From Bacillota bacterium (lineage in GTDB: Bacteria > Bacillota > Ch66 > Ch109), in assembly GCA_050952625.1 (NCBI GenBank), contig JBMNLH010000001.1:320001-384000 (forward strand): 64,000 nucleotides of DNA, written 5' to 3'. Below are positions 17,637 to 29,214 of the stretch, in pieces. How positions within the stretch are numbered: position 1 is the stretch's first letter; the number at the start of each line of letters is the position of its first letter. The position numbers and the translations under genes are program-made. The notes beneath the pieces are model-generated. The model was given only the letters and a program-made list of their open reading frames with translations, was not told the DNA's origin and did not search any database.

Positions 17637-18860
17637 ATGAATAAAATTTCAGTTAAAAACTTAACTAAAATATACGGCAGCCATCCTGACCGGGCGTTGG
17701 CCTTGCTTTATAAAGGTTTAAGCAATGAGGAGATTAGGAAACAAACCCGGCAGGTAGTGGGGGTCAAAAACATTGATTTTTCCGTAGCCGCTGGGGAAAG
17801 CTTTGTAATCATGGGTCTTTCCGGCAGTGGCAAATCTACGCTTTTAAGATGCATTAACTGTTTGATTAAGGCTACTACCGGCGAGATTTTAATTGATGGA
17901 GAAGACATCACCCAAATGTCTTCCAAGCAATTAACCCAGGTGCGTCGCGAAAAAATGGCAATGGTTTTTCAGCGTTTTGCTCTGTTGCCGCATCGGACTA
18001 TCCTGGATAATGTGGCTTATGGGCTAGAAGTAGGTAGTGTTCCTAAACTGAAACGGTATGAACAGGCTATGCAGGCCCTGGAAATGGTGGGTCTTAAAGG
18101 ATGGGAAGATTATCGGCCGAATAACCTGAGTGGTGGTATGCAGCAACGAGTCGGGATAGCCCGGGCTCTAGCCACAAATCCCGATATTCTTTTAATGGAT
18201 GAGCCCTTTAGTGCCCTTGACCCGCTTATTCGCCAGGAAATGCAGGATGAGTTAATGGAACTGCAGAAAAAACTCCAAAAAACAATAATTTTTATTACCC
18301 ATGACCTAGATGAGGCCTTAAAAATCGGGGACCGGATTGCGCTAATGAAGGATGGGGTAATTGTTCAAATGGGGACACCAGAGGATATATTATTATCACC
18401 GGCCACCGAATACGTGGCTCGTTTTGTGGAAAACGTTGACCGCTCCAAGGCCTTGACGGCAGCGACCGTGATGGTCAAACCAAGGTCTGTTGTTTACCCG
18501 AAGGATGGGCCGATGACGGCCCTGCGGGTAATGGAGAAACACGGGATGTCGACCCTGTTTGTAACAGATCGAGTTGGCAAAATGATTGGTTATATCCGGG
18601 CTGAAGATGCTTCTGAAGAAGCCGGCCGCGGAGAGAGACAACTAGATGCGATTATTCAGCGGGATATGCCGCTGGCAGCCCCGGATACCCCGCTGTGTGA
18701 CTTGTTAGAAGTTCTGGCGCACACCAAGGTGCCGGTAGCAGTTGTGGATGAACAGGAGATTTTAAAGGGAGTTTTGGTCAGAGGGTCAGTAATCGCTGGT
18801 CTGGCTGGTGGAGGAGGAGAGATTAAGCTTGAATCAGATACCTCGCATTCCAATAGGTGA
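17637..18860 (+). CDS. opuAA: Glycine betaine ABC transporter ATPase with CBS pair (copy 1)
   Basis: GLSGSGKS, LSGGMQQRVG, DEPFSALDPLIR, C-terminal CBS domains. Confidence 0.95.
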   Translation: MNKISVKNLTKIYGSHPDRALALLYKGLSNEEIRKQTRQVVGVKNIDFSVAAGESFVIMGLSGSGKSTLLRCINCLIKATTGEILIDGEDITQMSSKQLTQVRREKMAMVFQRFALLPHRTILDNVAYGLEVGSVPKLKRYEQAMQALEMVGLKGWEDYRPNNLSGGMQQRVGIARALATNPDILLMDEPFSALDPLIRQEMQDELMELQKKLQKTIIFITHDLDEALKIGDRIALMKDGVIVQMGTPEDILLSPATEYVARFVENVDRSKALTAATVMVKPRSVVYPKDGPMTALRVMEKHGMSTLFVTDRVGKMIGYIRAEDASEEAGRGERQLDAIIQRDMPLAAPDTPLCDLLEVLAHTKVPVAVVDEQEILKGVLVRGSVIAGLAGGGGEIKLESDTSHSNR

Positions 18861-19671
18861 ATGGATAGATAACGGAATCCAATACCTGGTAGACGTAGGT
18901 AGCGGCCTAACTGAAGAGATATCTGATTTTCTATTGGACGTTCTTTCCTGGCTGCAAAATCTTTTGCTGTCTATTCCCCCGGAACTGTTTTTAGTGATCA
19001 TCGCCCTGCTTGCTTGGCGGTTAGTGAATAAGCAAGTCGCTATTTTTTCGGTGGCGGGGTTATTTTTAATTTATAATATGCAGCTCTGGCCACCGGCCAT
19101 GTTGACCCTGTCCATGGTCTTGGCTTCCGTGCTGTTGTGTATTGTGATCGGGCTTCCACTGGGAGTACTAGCGGCTAAAAGTGATATGGCCTACCGGATA
19201 ATCATGCCGATTCTAGACTTTATGCAAACTTTACCGGCTTTTGTCTACCTTTTACCGGCGATTTTCTTTTTTGGCATTGGGGTGGTTCCGGCGATTATTG
19301 CCACGTTGATTTTTTCAATGCCACCGGTAATCAGGCTGACTAACCTGGGAATAAGGCAGGTGCCTGAAGAACTGGTTGAATTGGGCAGTTCTTTTGGCTC
19401 AACCTTTTTACAGATGTTAGTCAAGATCGAATTGCCTCTGGCTAGACCCACTATCATGGCTGGGATCAACCAGTGCATCATGTTATCTCTTTCTATGGTG
19501 GTTATAGCTGCCATGATTGGGGCTGGAGGTCTGGGGGGTGAGGTCTGGCGAGGAATTCAGAGAATGGAGATCGGCCTGGGTTTTGAAGCCGGGTTAGCCA
19601 TCGTTATTATGGCGATTGTTTTGGATCGCATCACCCAGAATATGGGAAAAACTAATAAGGACGGAGGATGA
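18829..19671 (+). CDS. opuAB: Glycine betaine ABC transporter permease (copy 1)
   Basis: PILDFMQTLPAFVYL, PPVIRLTNLGIRQV; TTG start after ggaggagg. Confidence 0.95.
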   Translation: MNQIPRIPIGEWIDNGIQYLVDVGSGLTEEISDFLLDVLSWLQNLLLSIPPELFLVIIALLAWRLVNKQVAIFSVAGLFLIYNMQLWPPAMLTLSMVLASVLLCIVIGLPLGVLAAKSDMAYRIIMPILDFMQTLPAFVYLLPAIFFFGIGVVPAIIATLIFSMPPVIRLTNLGIRQVPEELVELGSSFGSTFLQMLVKIELPLARPTIMAGINQCIMLSLSMVVIAAMIGAGGLGGEVWRGIQRMEIGLGFEAGLAIVIMAIVLDRITQNMGKTNKDGG

Positions 19672-19680
19672 TAAAGGAAA

Positions 19681-20580
19681 ATGTTAAAAAACAAAAAAGT
19701 AGTGCTGTTAATCGCTGCCCTTTTAACCGTTGCTTTTCTGGTTGTGGGGTGTGGCGGCCAGACACCTTCGGCTCCGGATAACGCCGCCGAGAAGGGAAAA
19801 GTTAAGATTTTGTATGTGGAATGGGCTTGTGCCACGGCCACTTCTCATGTGTTAGCTGATGTTCTGGAGAGAAAGATGGGCTATGAGGTAGAACTGGTTC
19901 CACTCGCAGCCTCGGCGATGTATCAGGGACTAGCCACTGGCGATGGGGATGCCCTCTTTTGTTGTTGGCTGCCGGTAACTCACGGTGATTATATGAAAAA
20001 CGTCGGTGATCAGGTAGAAAACCTGGGAACCAATATGGAAGGGGCGAAAATCGGTCTAGTTGTTCCCAAATATGTTACAATTAACTCTATTGAGGAAATG
20101 AATGGCGTCAAGGATAAATTTGGCGGCAAGATCATTGGGATTGATCCCGGAGCCGGCATTATGAAATGTACAGAAGCTGCCCTCAAAGATTACAACCTGG
20201 ACTATACCCTAGTCGAAGGCAGTGACGCCACCATGGTCGCGGCCTTGAAAAAGGCTTATGATAATCAGGAGTGGATCGCCGTAACTGGCTGGACTCCGCA
20301 CTGGAAATTCGCCAGCTGGGATTTAAAATACCTGGATGACCCCAAGAAGTCTTATGGTGAGGCAGAACACATTGATACGGTTGTTCGCAAAGGCTTGAAA
20401 ACAGATATGCCAGAAGTCTACGAACTCTTTGATAACTTTAACTGGACCTCTGACGATTTAAGCAAAGCCATGATTATCGCTGAAGAAGAGGGCCAAACCA
20501 GTAAAACTGGGGCCACTAAGTGGGTAGACCAGAATCAAGAACTGGTGAATAGTTGGTTGCCTGAAAAATATCGGAGTTAA
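19681..20580 (+). CDS. opuAC: Glycine betaine-binding lipoprotein
   Basis: Lipobox VVGC; Trp cage (VEW, WLPVTH, WTPHW); GIDPGAGIM. Confidence 0.93.
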   Translation: MLKNKKVVLLIAALLTVAFLVVGCGGQTPSAPDNAAEKGKVKILYVEWACATATSHVLADVLERKMGYEVELVPLAASAMYQGLATGDGDALFCCWLPVTHGDYMKNVGDQVENLGTNMEGAKIGLVVPKYVTINSIEEMNGVKDKFGGKIIGIDPGAGIMKCTEAALKDYNLDYTLVEGSDATMVAALKKAYDNQEWIAVTGWTPHWKFASWDLKYLDDPKKSYGEAEHIDTVVRKGLKTDMPEVYELFDNFNWTSDDLSKAMIIAEEEGQTSKTGATKWVDQNQELVNSWLPEKYRS

Positions 20581-20624
20581 TGTCTGCTAACGACGTTGGA
20601 CATTAAATATAATGATGATTGAAA

Positions 20625-20659
20625 ATGACCCCCTGGAATGGCCAGTTCAGGGGGTTATG
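20625..20659 (+). terminator. Hairpin after opuAC
   Basis: atgacccc-ctggaa...ttcag-ggggttat. Confidence 0.55.
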
Positions 20660-20741
20660 TATGTCTGATGTCTTATTTTTGGAGTGGGAACGGTGTATGG
20701 TAAGATAAAGCGAGCAGAGTGATCAATCGGAGGAGTTTTTA

Positions 20742-22091
20742 TTGAGCGAGCAGCGTCGGACCGAGAATAAAAAGGCAAAGGAAAATCAGCGCGGAACTCT
20801 GGCCGTGTATCTGCATATTCCCTTTTGTCTCCAGAAGTGTCTTTATTGTGATTTTTACTCGCTCCCCCTGGGAGAGCTGGGTGCTGAATTAGTAACGGGT
20901 TTTCGGACAGCGGTTATTCAAGAATTACAGACCTACTTGAATTTTTTTCAATCAATTAGGGGGGAGCGGCCACGGCTTGTATCGTTGTATTTTGGGGGTG
21001 GAACCCCGACCTGTTTGCCGGCTGAATTGCTCGTTGGCCTAATCGAACGGGTGCTCAAGGGGTTTGGGGTGAAAGCCAGCGGGGACGAAGTAGGACTTGA
21101 AGTAACGGTTGAAGCCAACCCGGGCACGCTTGACTTAAAAAAGTTACAGGCCTTAAAGGAGGTTGGGGTTAACCGACTGTCGATTGGGGCTCAGACGTTT
21201 GATCCCGGTTTGCTTCGGCGCATCGGCAGGCGACATACCGCAGTAGAAGTGGTTGAGGCGGTTAACCTGGCCCGGCAGGCCGGCTTTCAAAACTTAAATT
21301 TGGACCTGATCTACGGGCTGCCCGGTCAGACGCTGGAAAACTGGCGGACGACCGTGGAGAAAGCACTGGCTTTGCGGCCGGAACACCTAGCTGCTTATAG
21401 TTTAAAAGTTGAACCAGGAACACCCTTTTATGAACTCCAGCAAAGAGGAAAATTAGCTTTACCTGGGGAAGAGGTCGAGGCGGATATGTTTGAGTGGCTC
21501 AGCGAACGACTGCCAGCGGCCGGCTATCAGCACTATGAGATTTCCAATTTTGCCCGACCCGGTTATACGTCGATCCATAATCAGGTGTACTGGCACAACC
21601 AGGAATATTTGGGACTGGGACCGGCAGCCCACTCTTGTTTGCGGGGAATCCAGCCGGCTGAGGTTTGGGGACAAACCGCAGGATCAAACTTTATTAATGA
21701 AGCAAGCCATCAATTAACGACAAAATTAGCCTCCGGTGCGCCGCCAGGGGTTAAGCATGAGACAGCACCGCTATTTCGGTTTAGTAACCAAGCCAATCTT
21801 CAGCAATACCTTCAACGCGTAAGTCAAGGCCAGTCGCCGGTAGATTATTTGGAAGCAATTGGTCAACAATTGGAGCGGGCAGAGACAGTGTTTTTAGGAC
21901 TAAGGCTGCTGGAAGGGATTAGTCGTTCGGAATTTGCTGAACGGTTTGGGGTAACAGTAGAGGAAGCATACCCGGGAGTGATTAAGAAACTGAAGCAACG
22001 AGGACTTCTTCAAGACGAGGGGGAGCGACTCGCCCTGACCGCTAGAGCTATCCTCATCGCGAATGAGGTATTCCTGGAGTTTCTTCCTTAA
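20742..22091 (+). CDS. hemW: Radical SAM heme chaperone HemW (HemN-like)
   Basis: YLHIPFC..KC.YCDF, GGGTP, YEISNFA, HNQVYW; upstream of hrcA. Confidence 0.92.
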   Translation: MSEQRRTENKKAKENQRGTLAVYLHIPFCLQKCLYCDFYSLPLGELGAELVTGFRTAVIQELQTYLNFFQSIRGERPRLVSLYFGGGTPTCLPAELLVGLIERVLKGFGVKASGDEVGLEVTVEANPGTLDLKKLQALKEVGVNRLSIGAQTFDPGLLRRIGRRHTAVEVVEAVNLARQAGFQNLNLDLIYGLPGQTLENWRTTVEKALALRPEHLAAYSLKVEPGTPFYELQQRGKLALPGEEVEADMFEWLSERLPAAGYQHYEISNFARPGYTSIHNQVYWHNQEYLGLGPAAHSCLRGIQPAEVWGQTAGSNFINEASHQLTTKLASGAPPGVKHETAPLFRFSNQANLQQYLQRVSQGQSPVDYLEAIGQQLERAETVFLGLRLLEGISRSEFAERFGVTVEEAYPGVIKKLKQRGLLQDEGERLALTARAILIANEVFLEFLP

Positions 22092-22303
22092 AAACCAATT
22101 CGCCAACAAAATCGGCAACCTGTCCAGGAAATAGTGGTGGTTGAGTCTGACTGCCTTACTTTTTAATCAATCTTACTGTTTGTCTGAGTTTAAGTTTGAC
22201 TCGGAATTGTTCGTCTATGATCCCGAACATATAACTATTTTTGCTCCCATGTGCAATCCATGCGTCTTATTATCGCTAAAGTTGACCGCTATGCTTCGTT
22301 GAC

Positions 22304-22373
22304 TTGACAAAGACAGCAAGCGGTGGTAATTTTTTAGCTAGAAGCTTTAGCACTCAACCCACAAGAGTGCTAA
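22304..22373 (+). promoter_or_regulatory. SigA promoter plus CIRCE element
   Basis: TTGACA(22304)-17-TAATTT with extended TG; perfect TTAGCACTC-N9-GAGTGCTAA at 22347-22373. Confidence 0.95.
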
Positions 22374-22388
22374 CAAAGATAAGGGGGG

Positions 22389-23444
22389 GTGCCGGTGGGA
22401 ATCGACGAACGGAAGCAACGGGTACTGGAAGCGATTATTAAGGATTATGTGGCGACTGCTGAACCAGTGGGATCACGAACCATTGCCCGAAAGTATAATC
22501 TGGGAGTGAGTCCGGCTACCATCCGTAATGAAATGGCTGACCTGGAGGAAATGGGGTTGATTGAGCAACCGCACACCTCAGCTGGCCGGATTCCTTCTCA
22601 ATTGGGGTATCGGTACTATGTAGACTGCCTGATGGAAGTCTATAGCTTATCGGAAGCAGAAGAAACCTTAGTTCGTAGTATGTTCTTAGAAAAGATGGGT
22701 GACCTGGAACAAGTTATTCAGGAAACCAGCAAGCTTCTCTCTCGGTTTACCAACTATACCGCAATCATCCTCGGCCCCACACCGGTAGGAGGAAAACTGA
22801 GACAGGTAGAATTAATACCACTTCAGGAACAGTTGGTTCTACTGGTCGTTGTGATGGATTCAGGAGTAGTTTTGCATAAAATGCTGGAATTGCCAGAGCC
22901 AGTCGCCTCCGAAGATCTGCACCATATATCTCAGGTGTTTAATTCCAAATTGCGGGGGATTATGCTGGATAATATGCGGCGAACCCTGCTGCAGGAGCTT
23001 TATGACGAGTTGCAGCATCAAAAACAGATTCTCCGCTTGGCCCTTGATGTTTTAGACCATTACCAGCAGGCTCCGCAATGGGAGAAACCCTATCTGGGCA
23101 AAGTTTATCTGGGCGGCGTTATTAATATACTCAACCAGCCGGAATTTCGGAATTTCGATAAAATTCGACGGATACTCAGCGTTTTAGAAGAAGAGAGTGA
23201 ACTTAGAGAGCTGTTAACCGATAGTAATGAAACTGGGATTACGGTTCGAATTGGGGCCGAAAATCGGCGAGAAGAATTTCAGGACTGCAGTTTAATTACG
23301 GTTACGTATGATGTAAATGGTAAAGCTATAGGTCGAGTAGGTTTGTTGGGACCCACGCGAATGGAATATCCCAAGGCGACTAGTATTTTGGAATATGTAG
23401 CTCTAATTTTATCAGAAGCACTTCAGGGCTACTATAGCCGGTAG
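22389..23444 (+). CDS. hrcA: Heat-inducible repressor HrcA
   Basis: EPVGSR, SPATIRNEMADLEE.G...PHTSAGRIPS, GPTRMEY. Confidence 0.98.
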   Translation: MPVGIDERKQRVLEAIIKDYVATAEPVGSRTIARKYNLGVSPATIRNEMADLEEMGLIEQPHTSAGRIPSQLGYRYYVDCLMEVYSLSEAEETLVRSMFLEKMGDLEQVIQETSKLLSRFTNYTAIILGPTPVGGKLRQVELIPLQEQLVLLVVVMDSGVVLHKMLELPEPVASEDLHHISQVFNSKLRGIMLDNMRRTLLQELYDELQHQKQILRLALDVLDHYQQAPQWEKPYLGKVYLGGVINILNQPEFRNFDKIRRILSVLEEESELRELLTDSNETGITVRIGAENRREEFQDCSLITVTYDVNGKAIGRVGLLGPTRMEYPKATSILEYVALILSEALQGYYSR

Positions 23445-23540
23445 TCGCCTCATGTCGCTTAGCATAACCATCTAACAAATGTGATCATGATCGCGCTTGA
23501 CCGAGTATCACCCAAGCGCAGATGATAAAAGGAGGCCCTT

Positions 23541-25100
23541 TTGTTGAGTTCCAAACAATCGAGTAGTGGAGTTGAGAACGGAGAAAAGCTTACTGCTCTA
23601 GCCACCAATTCCAATGCGATTCGGGCAGTCGCCGCAGCCGTAGAAGGAACAATTGGCCCCAAAGGTTTGGATACCATGCTGGTTGATCAGTTTGGCGATG
23701 TAGTAATTACCAATGATGGGGTTACTATTTTGAATCTTATGGAAGTTAATCATCCGGCGGCCCGGTTATTGATCAAGATCGCCCGAGCCCAGCAGGAAGA
23801 AGTCGGCGATGGCACCACCACTGCCACGATCCTGGCTGAGGGTCTGGTGACCGAAGGGGTTAACCAAGTTGCTCGAGGGGTACCGGTCGCTCGGGTGATT
23901 GAAGGATTAAGGTTTGGTACCGGCAGGGCCTTGCAGATCTTGAAAGAAAAAGCTCTGCCAGTAAAGGGCCCCGAGGATCCCCGGTTACGTCAGGTGGCCC
24001 TGATTGCCGGCCGAGGTCATGCTGATTTGGCGGATTTAGTAGTTGAAGCCATTAAGCTGATCGGGCCGGAAAAACTGTCCGACCCGGCTTTTAAGCTGGC
24101 AGATACCATTGTCGCCCGCGAATCAGTCCACAATGAGGCATTTTTAGGAGTAATCCTGAATAAAGGCCGGCTGAATCGACAGATGCCCCGAGAGATTGAC
24201 GGGGTCAAGGTTCTGATTATTGACGATGCTCTAGAGCCGGAAGAATTTGAAGAGGAGGCCCTGGCGACCGAAACTGGGGTGGCTCGCTATCTAGCATTGA
24301 GGGAAGAATTTAAACAAAACGTCGAAAAGATTGTCTCCCTCGGAGTCAACTTGGTGCTGGTAGATCGGGGAGTTGATGATCTGGCGGAAGAAATCTTGAC
24401 CGAAGCCGGGATCATGGTTTTACATCGGGTATCTTTCAAAGAATTACGAAAAGCAGCTGAATTGACCGGGGCGAGAATGATTAAACGAACTGGCTTGAAG
24501 CGAAACCCGGCCGACTTGGCCCGGCTACTGGGTCAAGCTGACCAGGCTTTCGAAGACGAACGGTTGGATCAGGTGCGAATCCTGGGCGGGGGTGGAAAAC
24601 CCCTGGCAACCATAGTCGTCGGGGCCGCTACTCGGGAGATTGTCGGAGAACGGGAGCGGATGGCCAAAGATGCAGCGGCAGCGGCACAGGCAGCCTTAAA
24701 GGGCGGCTTGGTTCCCGGTGGGGGAGCCATTGAACTGGCTTTAGCCAGTCAAGTAGCACTAGCCCGGTCTGAGGTTCGGGGAATGGCCGCTTACGGGATA
24801 GACTGTCTGGCAGAAGCCTTAAAGCGTCCGTTTTCGCAAATTATCAGCAACGCTGGGTTTAATCCGTTAGAAAAACTCGGTGATGTTATGGCCGCACAGG
24901 CTGAGATGCAAAGGGATTCTTTGGCCATCGACTGTGACACCGGCGAGGTTAAGGACATGTTTGAGCTAGGTGTTTTAGACCCGGCCTTAGTCAAATTTTA
25001 TGCCCTAAGGGCGGCGGTTGAGGTGGCAGAGGCAATTCTGCGCATTGATACCATCATTAAAAAGCGGGAAAGGGCTATGCCGGAGAACAATTATAGTTAA
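23541..25100 (+). CDS. Thermosome-like (group III) chaperonin
   Basis: GTIGPKGLDTMLVD, ITNDGVTIL, GDGTTT, PGGGAIE, ILRID; no GGM tail and no adjacent groES. Confidence 0.9.
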   Translation: MLSSKQSSSGVENGEKLTALATNSNAIRAVAAAVEGTIGPKGLDTMLVDQFGDVVITNDGVTILNLMEVNHPAARLLIKIARAQQEEVGDGTTTATILAEGLVTEGVNQVARGVPVARVIEGLRFGTGRALQILKEKALPVKGPEDPRLRQVALIAGRGHADLADLVVEAIKLIGPEKLSDPAFKLADTIVARESVHNEAFLGVILNKGRLNRQMPREIDGVKVLIIDDALEPEEFEEEALATETGVARYLALREEFKQNVEKIVSLGVNLVLVDRGVDDLAEEILTEAGIMVLHRVSFKELRKAAELTGARMIKRTGLKRNPADLARLLGQADQAFEDERLDQVRILGGGGKPLATIVVGAATREIVGERERMAKDAAAAAQAALKGGLVPGGGAIELALASQVALARSEVRGMAAYGIDCLAEALKRPFSQIISNAGFNPLEKLGDVMAAQAEMQRDSLAIDCDTGEVKDMFELGVLDPALVKFYALRAAVEVAEAILRIDTIIKKRERAMPENNYS

Positions 25101-25248
25101 CCATCAGGGCCAATCATATTACTTAGTTTATCAATGCTTTTATAACTTAGAGCGGACCATCACGTCGTCAGGCGGTACAAATAAAGAATGAAAATTAATG
25201 AATAACGAGCGTAGAGAATAAAATCAGCGCACATAAGAAGGTGATCAG

Positions 25249-25863
25249 ATGTCCAAGGAACAAATAACACACACTGAGCCTGAACAGAATTTAGAAACTG
25301 ATCAGCACCAGCCTGCAGTGGAAACCAATGGGCCAAACCCGGCCTCAGATGAGGCAGTGATTGAAGAAATACCAGCGGAGGAATTGATTCAGCGATTAAC
25401 ACAGGCCCTAGAACAAACCCAGTTAAAAGCGGAGAATTACTACCGTAAACTGTTGCGGATGGAAGCTGACTTCGATAACTTTCGGCGAAGAACCCGCGAA
25501 GAAAAGGAACAGCTGCAGCTTATGGCAGCCGAAAAAGTAATAACTGATCTGCTTCCCGTTTTGGATAACATGGAGCGAGGTCTGGCCGCAGCTGAGCAGA
25601 CCTGCGATTTTGAGAGTTTGCGGTCAGGCTTGCAATTGGTGTATCGAGGATTACAAGAAATACTTAAGCGAGAAGGCTTGGAAGCAATTGAGGCCGTGGG
25701 TCAGCAGTTTGATCCTAATTACCACGAAGCGATGCTGCGCGTCCCGTTAGCTGAAGGTCAGTCGGATAATACGGTTACTGAGGAATTCCAACGGGGATAT
25801 AAACTAAAAGGCAAGGTTATCCGACCGGCTCGGGTAGCGGTCGCCCGGGATATTGAAGAATAA
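25249..25863 (+). CDS. grpE: Nucleotide exchange factor GrpE
   Basis: ADFDNFRRR, FDPNYHEA, GYKLKGKVIRPARV. Confidence 0.97.
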   Translation: MSKEQITHTEPEQNLETDQHQPAVETNGPNPASDEAVIEEIPAEELIQRLTQALEQTQLKAENYYRKLLRMEADFDNFRRRTREEKEQLQLMAAEKVITDLLPVLDNMERGLAAAEQTCDFESLRSGLQLVYRGLQEILKREGLEAIEAVGQQFDPNYHEAMLRVPLAEGQSDNTVTEEFQRGYKLKGKVIRPARVAVARDIEE

Positions 25864-26017
25864 GGAAGTTTTTATTACAACATCAAAATTGTTATTCAAT
25901 CCGCACCAATAGGTATAACCAGCGTTGAAAACCACTAGTTTATGGTCATTCTGAACAGAGTGAGGAATCTAGCTATTTTTTGATATAAAATTTATGCTAA
26001 GTATGGAGGGGATAGAT

Positions 26018-27865
26018 TTGGCAAGATTAGTCGGGATTGATCTAGGTACTACCAACTCATGCGTGGCGGTAATCGAGGGGGGTCAGCCTACCGTCATTCC
26101 AAATCGGGAAGGAGGGCGTATTACTCCTTCAGTCGTTGGGTTTGCTAAAGACGGCGAACGTCTAGTGGGTCAAATCGCTAAACGACAAGCGGTGACGAAT
26201 CCTGAGCGGACGATTATGTCGATTAAACGATATATGGGGACCGATCACAAGGTTAAGATTGATAATAAAGACTATAAACCGCAAGAGATTTCAGCGATGA
26301 TTCTGCAGAAAATTAAAGCCGATGCCGAAGCTTATCTAGGTCAACCGGTAACACAAGCTGTAATTACGGTACCGGCTTACTTTACGGATAGTCAACGCCA
26401 GGCCACCAAAGATGCCGGCACGATTGCTGGCCTTGAGGTCCTGCGGATTATTAATGAGCCAACCGCCGCCGCTTTGGCGTACGGTTTAGATAAACAAGAA
26501 CAGGATCATACTATCCTGGTTTATGACTTAGGCGGAGGAACCTTTGACGTTTCTATTCTGGAACTGGGCGGCGGGGTATTTGAAGTTAAAGCCACCAGCG
26601 GGAACAATCGCCTGGGTGGGGATGACTTTGACAAACGGATTATGGACTGGGCGATAGCTGAGTTTAAAAAAGAAACCGGCATTGACCTGAGCAAGGATAA
26701 AATGGCCTTGCAGCGGTTGCGGGAAGCAGCGGAAAAGGCTAAGATTGAGTTATCTACAGTTGTGACGGCAAATATTAATCTGCCTTTTATTACCGCCACA
26801 GCCGAGGGACCGCAGCACCTCGATCTGACTTTGACCCGTGCCAAATTTGAAGATTTAATTCGTGATCTGGTGGAATTAACGGTTGGGCCGATGAAGCAGG
26901 CCTTAGCGGATGCCAAATTGCAACCAAAAGATATTAATCGGGTTATTTTGGTGGGTGGTTCAACCCGAGTTCCTCTAGTCGAAAAGACGGTCAAAGATTT
27001 AACCGGCAAAGAGCCCTATAAAGGGATCAACCCGGATGAAGTGGTGGCCATGGGAGCTGCCATTCAGGCAGAAGTCGTTTCCGGCAAGGGCCCGGGAGAC
27101 ATTGTGTTGCTCGATGTTACTCCGCTCTCTCTGGGGATTGAAACCCTAGGCGGGATTTTTACCCGTTTGATTGAGCGGAACACAACCATTCCGGTAGAAA
27201 AGAAACAGGTTTTCTCCACCGCCGCTGATATGCAGACCAGTGTGGAAATTCATGTCTTGCAGGGCGAACGGAAGATGGCGGCGGATAATAAAACCCTGGG
27301 CCGGTTTATTCTGGACGGGATTCCGCCGGCTCCTAGAGGGGTGCCGCAAATTGAGGTCATGTTTGATATCGACGTCAACGGGATTGTCCATGTTTCTGCT
27401 AAGGACCTCGGGACCGGTAAGGAGCAGAAGGTCACCATTACCGGCAGTACCGGTTTAACCAGTGATGAAATCGAAAGAATGCGTCAGGCGGCGGAGGAGC
27501 ACGAAGAAGAGGATAAGAGACGGTTTGAGGAAGCCGAGGCCCGGAATAATGCGGATTCTCTGGTTTACCAGACGGAAAAAACCTTGAAAGAAATGGAAGG
27601 CAAGGGTGATCCAGCGGAACGGGAAAAGATCGAGCAGGCGAAAGATCGGTTAAAAGAAAACCTGGCTAATAAGACCGTTGAGGAAATTAAGCAACAGAGC
27701 GAGGAATTGACCAACCTGCTTTATGCTTTCACCTCCAAGATATATCAAGAGACAGCTGGCCAGCCGGGGGCTGAGGGAACCGAGACAACCGGTGAAGCCT
27801 CACGAGAAGATGTCGTCGATGCTGATTATACGATGGTCGATGAGGATAAAAAAGATAACAAATAG
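26018..27865 (+). CDS. dnaK: Chaperone DnaK
   Basis: [23 protein letters not shown]; TTG start after ggagggg. Confidence 0.99.
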   Translation: MARLVGIDLGTTNSCVAVIEGGQPTVIPNREGGRITPSVVGFAKDGERLVGQIAKRQAVTNPERTIMSIKRYMGTDHKVKIDNKDYKPQEISAMILQKIKADAEAYLGQPVTQAVITVPAYFTDSQRQATKDAGTIAGLEVLRIINEPTAAALAYGLDKQEQDHTILVYDLGGGTFDVSILELGGGVFEVKATSGNNRLGGDDFDKRIMDWAIAEFKKETGIDLSKDKMALQRLREAAEKAKIELSTVVTANINLPFITATAEGPQHLDLTLTRAKFEDLIRDLVELTVGPMKQALADAKLQPKDINRVILVGGSTRVPLVEKTVKDLTGKEPYKGINPDEVVAMGAAIQAEVVSGKGPGDIVLLDVTPLSLGIETLGGIFTRLIERNTTIPVEKKQVFSTAADMQTSVEIHVLQGERKMAADNKTLGRFILDGIPPAPRGVPQIEVMFDIDVNGIVHVSAKDLGTGKEQKVTITGSTGLTSDEIERMRQAAEEHEEEDKRRFEEAEARNNADSLVYQTEKTLKEMEGKGDPAEREKIEQAKDRLKENLANKTVEEIKQQSEELTNLLYAFTSKIYQETAGQPGAEGTETTGEASREDVVDADYTMVDEDKKDNK

Positions 27866-27899
27866 ATGCGCAGCTAAGCTTAATTTGAGTGATCGGAGG

Positions 27900-27944
27900 T
27901 CTCCCGCCTCAGCATCTTGCCCACTAAGCGAGCGAGGCGGGAGA
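27900..27944 (+). other. Strong hairpin between dnaK and dnaJ
   Basis: tctcccgcctc...gaggcgggaga 11-bp stem without a U tail; possible attenuator or mRNA stabiliser. Confidence 0.55.
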
Positions 27945-28010
27945 TGAGGTGCCTGAATTGACGGCTTACGGCTGTATAATCTAATCGTTTGAACTCAGAG
28001 GAGCGGTGGG

Positions 28011-29207
28011 ATGAGTAAACGTGATTATTATGAGGTACTGGGAGTTAACCGGGGAGCCAGCGAGGCAGAATTGAAAAAAGCCTATCGCAAGTTAGCTCTG
28101 CAGTATCACCCGGACCGGAATAAAGATGACCCCAAGGCTGGAGAAAAATTTAAAGAAATAAATGAAGCTTACGAGGTTTTAAGTGACGCCCAAAAAAGGG
28201 CCACCTATGACCAGTTCGGCCATGCTGCTTTTGATCAGACTGGCGGGGCCTCGCCAGGCGGGGGCTTTGGCGGTTTTGGCGGGTTTGGTGATCCTTTTGA
28301 AATTTTTGAAAGCTTCTTTGGCGGTGCTTTTGGGGGCGGCTTTGGGGGCGGTCGGCAACGAAGCGGTCCCCAAGTGGGGGCAGATTTAAGGCTTGACCTG
28401 GAGATAACCCTGGAGGAAGCTTTTGCCGGAGTGGAAAAAGAAGTAGATATTCCTCGGGCCGAGGAGTGTCAGGAATGTCACGGCTCCGGGGCTGCTCCCG
28501 GCACGCAGCGCATTAGGTGTTCAGCCTGCCAGGGAACCGGGCAGATTAAAACAATCCAGAATACAGTCTTGGGACGGTTTCAGTCGGTTCGGGCCTGTTC
28601 CCAATGCGGCGGAGAAGGCACTGTGGTGGAAAAACCTTGTCCAGAGTGTCGGGGGCAGGGGAAAGTACGGCGAGTTCGTAAAATTAAGGTCCGGATTCCG
28701 GCTGGGATTGATAATGACGCTCGCTTAAGGATGAGTGGTGAAGGTGAAGCCGGGGACCGAGGCGGACCGCCGGGTGACCTTTATGTTTTTATTTATGTCA
28801 AGCCTCACCGGTTATTTAAACGCCAGCGGGATGATCTCGGTTCAGAAATTTCGATTAATATGGTCCAGGCAGCTTTAGGGACATCCATCGAGGTCCCGAC
28901 CCTAGATGGCACAGCGGTTCTAAAGATTCCTGAAGGAACTCAGTCCGGCTCGATCTTTCGTTTAAGGGGTAAAGGAATGCCTCGCTTGCGCGGCAATGGC
29001 CGAGGCGACCTGCATGTTCAGGTGGCGGTAAAAACACCGACTCGGCTTACCTCAGAACAAAAAGAGTTATTGCGCCAGTTAGGGAAAACCATGGGCTTGG
29101 AGTCAGCCGAGAATTCAACAGTAGTCTTTTCTGAGGGAACCAGGGAAAAAGAGAGAGATAAAGATAAGGGCTTTTTCGAGAAGGTTAGGGATGCCTTTAT
29201 TGGTTAA
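28011..29207 (+). CDS. dnaJ: Chaperone DnaJ
   Basis: HPD J-domain, G/F region, four CxxCxGxG repeats. Confidence 0.99.
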   Translation: MSKRDYYEVLGVNRGASEAELKKAYRKLALQYHPDRNKDDPKAGEKFKEINEAYEVLSDAQKRATYDQFGHAAFDQTGGASPGGGFGGFGGFGDPFEIFESFFGGAFGGGFGGGRQRSGPQVGADLRLDLEITLEEAFAGVEKEVDIPRAEECQECHGSGAAPGTQRIRCSACQGTGQIKTIQNTVLGRFQSVRACSQCGGEGTVVEKPCPECRGQGKVRRVRKIKVRIPAGIDNDARLRMSGEGEAGDRGGPPGDLYVFIYVKPHRLFKRQRDDLGSEISINMVQAALGTSIEVPTLDGTAVLKIPEGTQSGSIFRLRGKGMPRLRGNGRGDLHVQVAVKTPTRLTSEQKELLRQLGKTMGLESAENSTVVFSEGTREKERDKDKGFFEKVRDAFIG

Positions 29208-29214
29208 ATCAATA

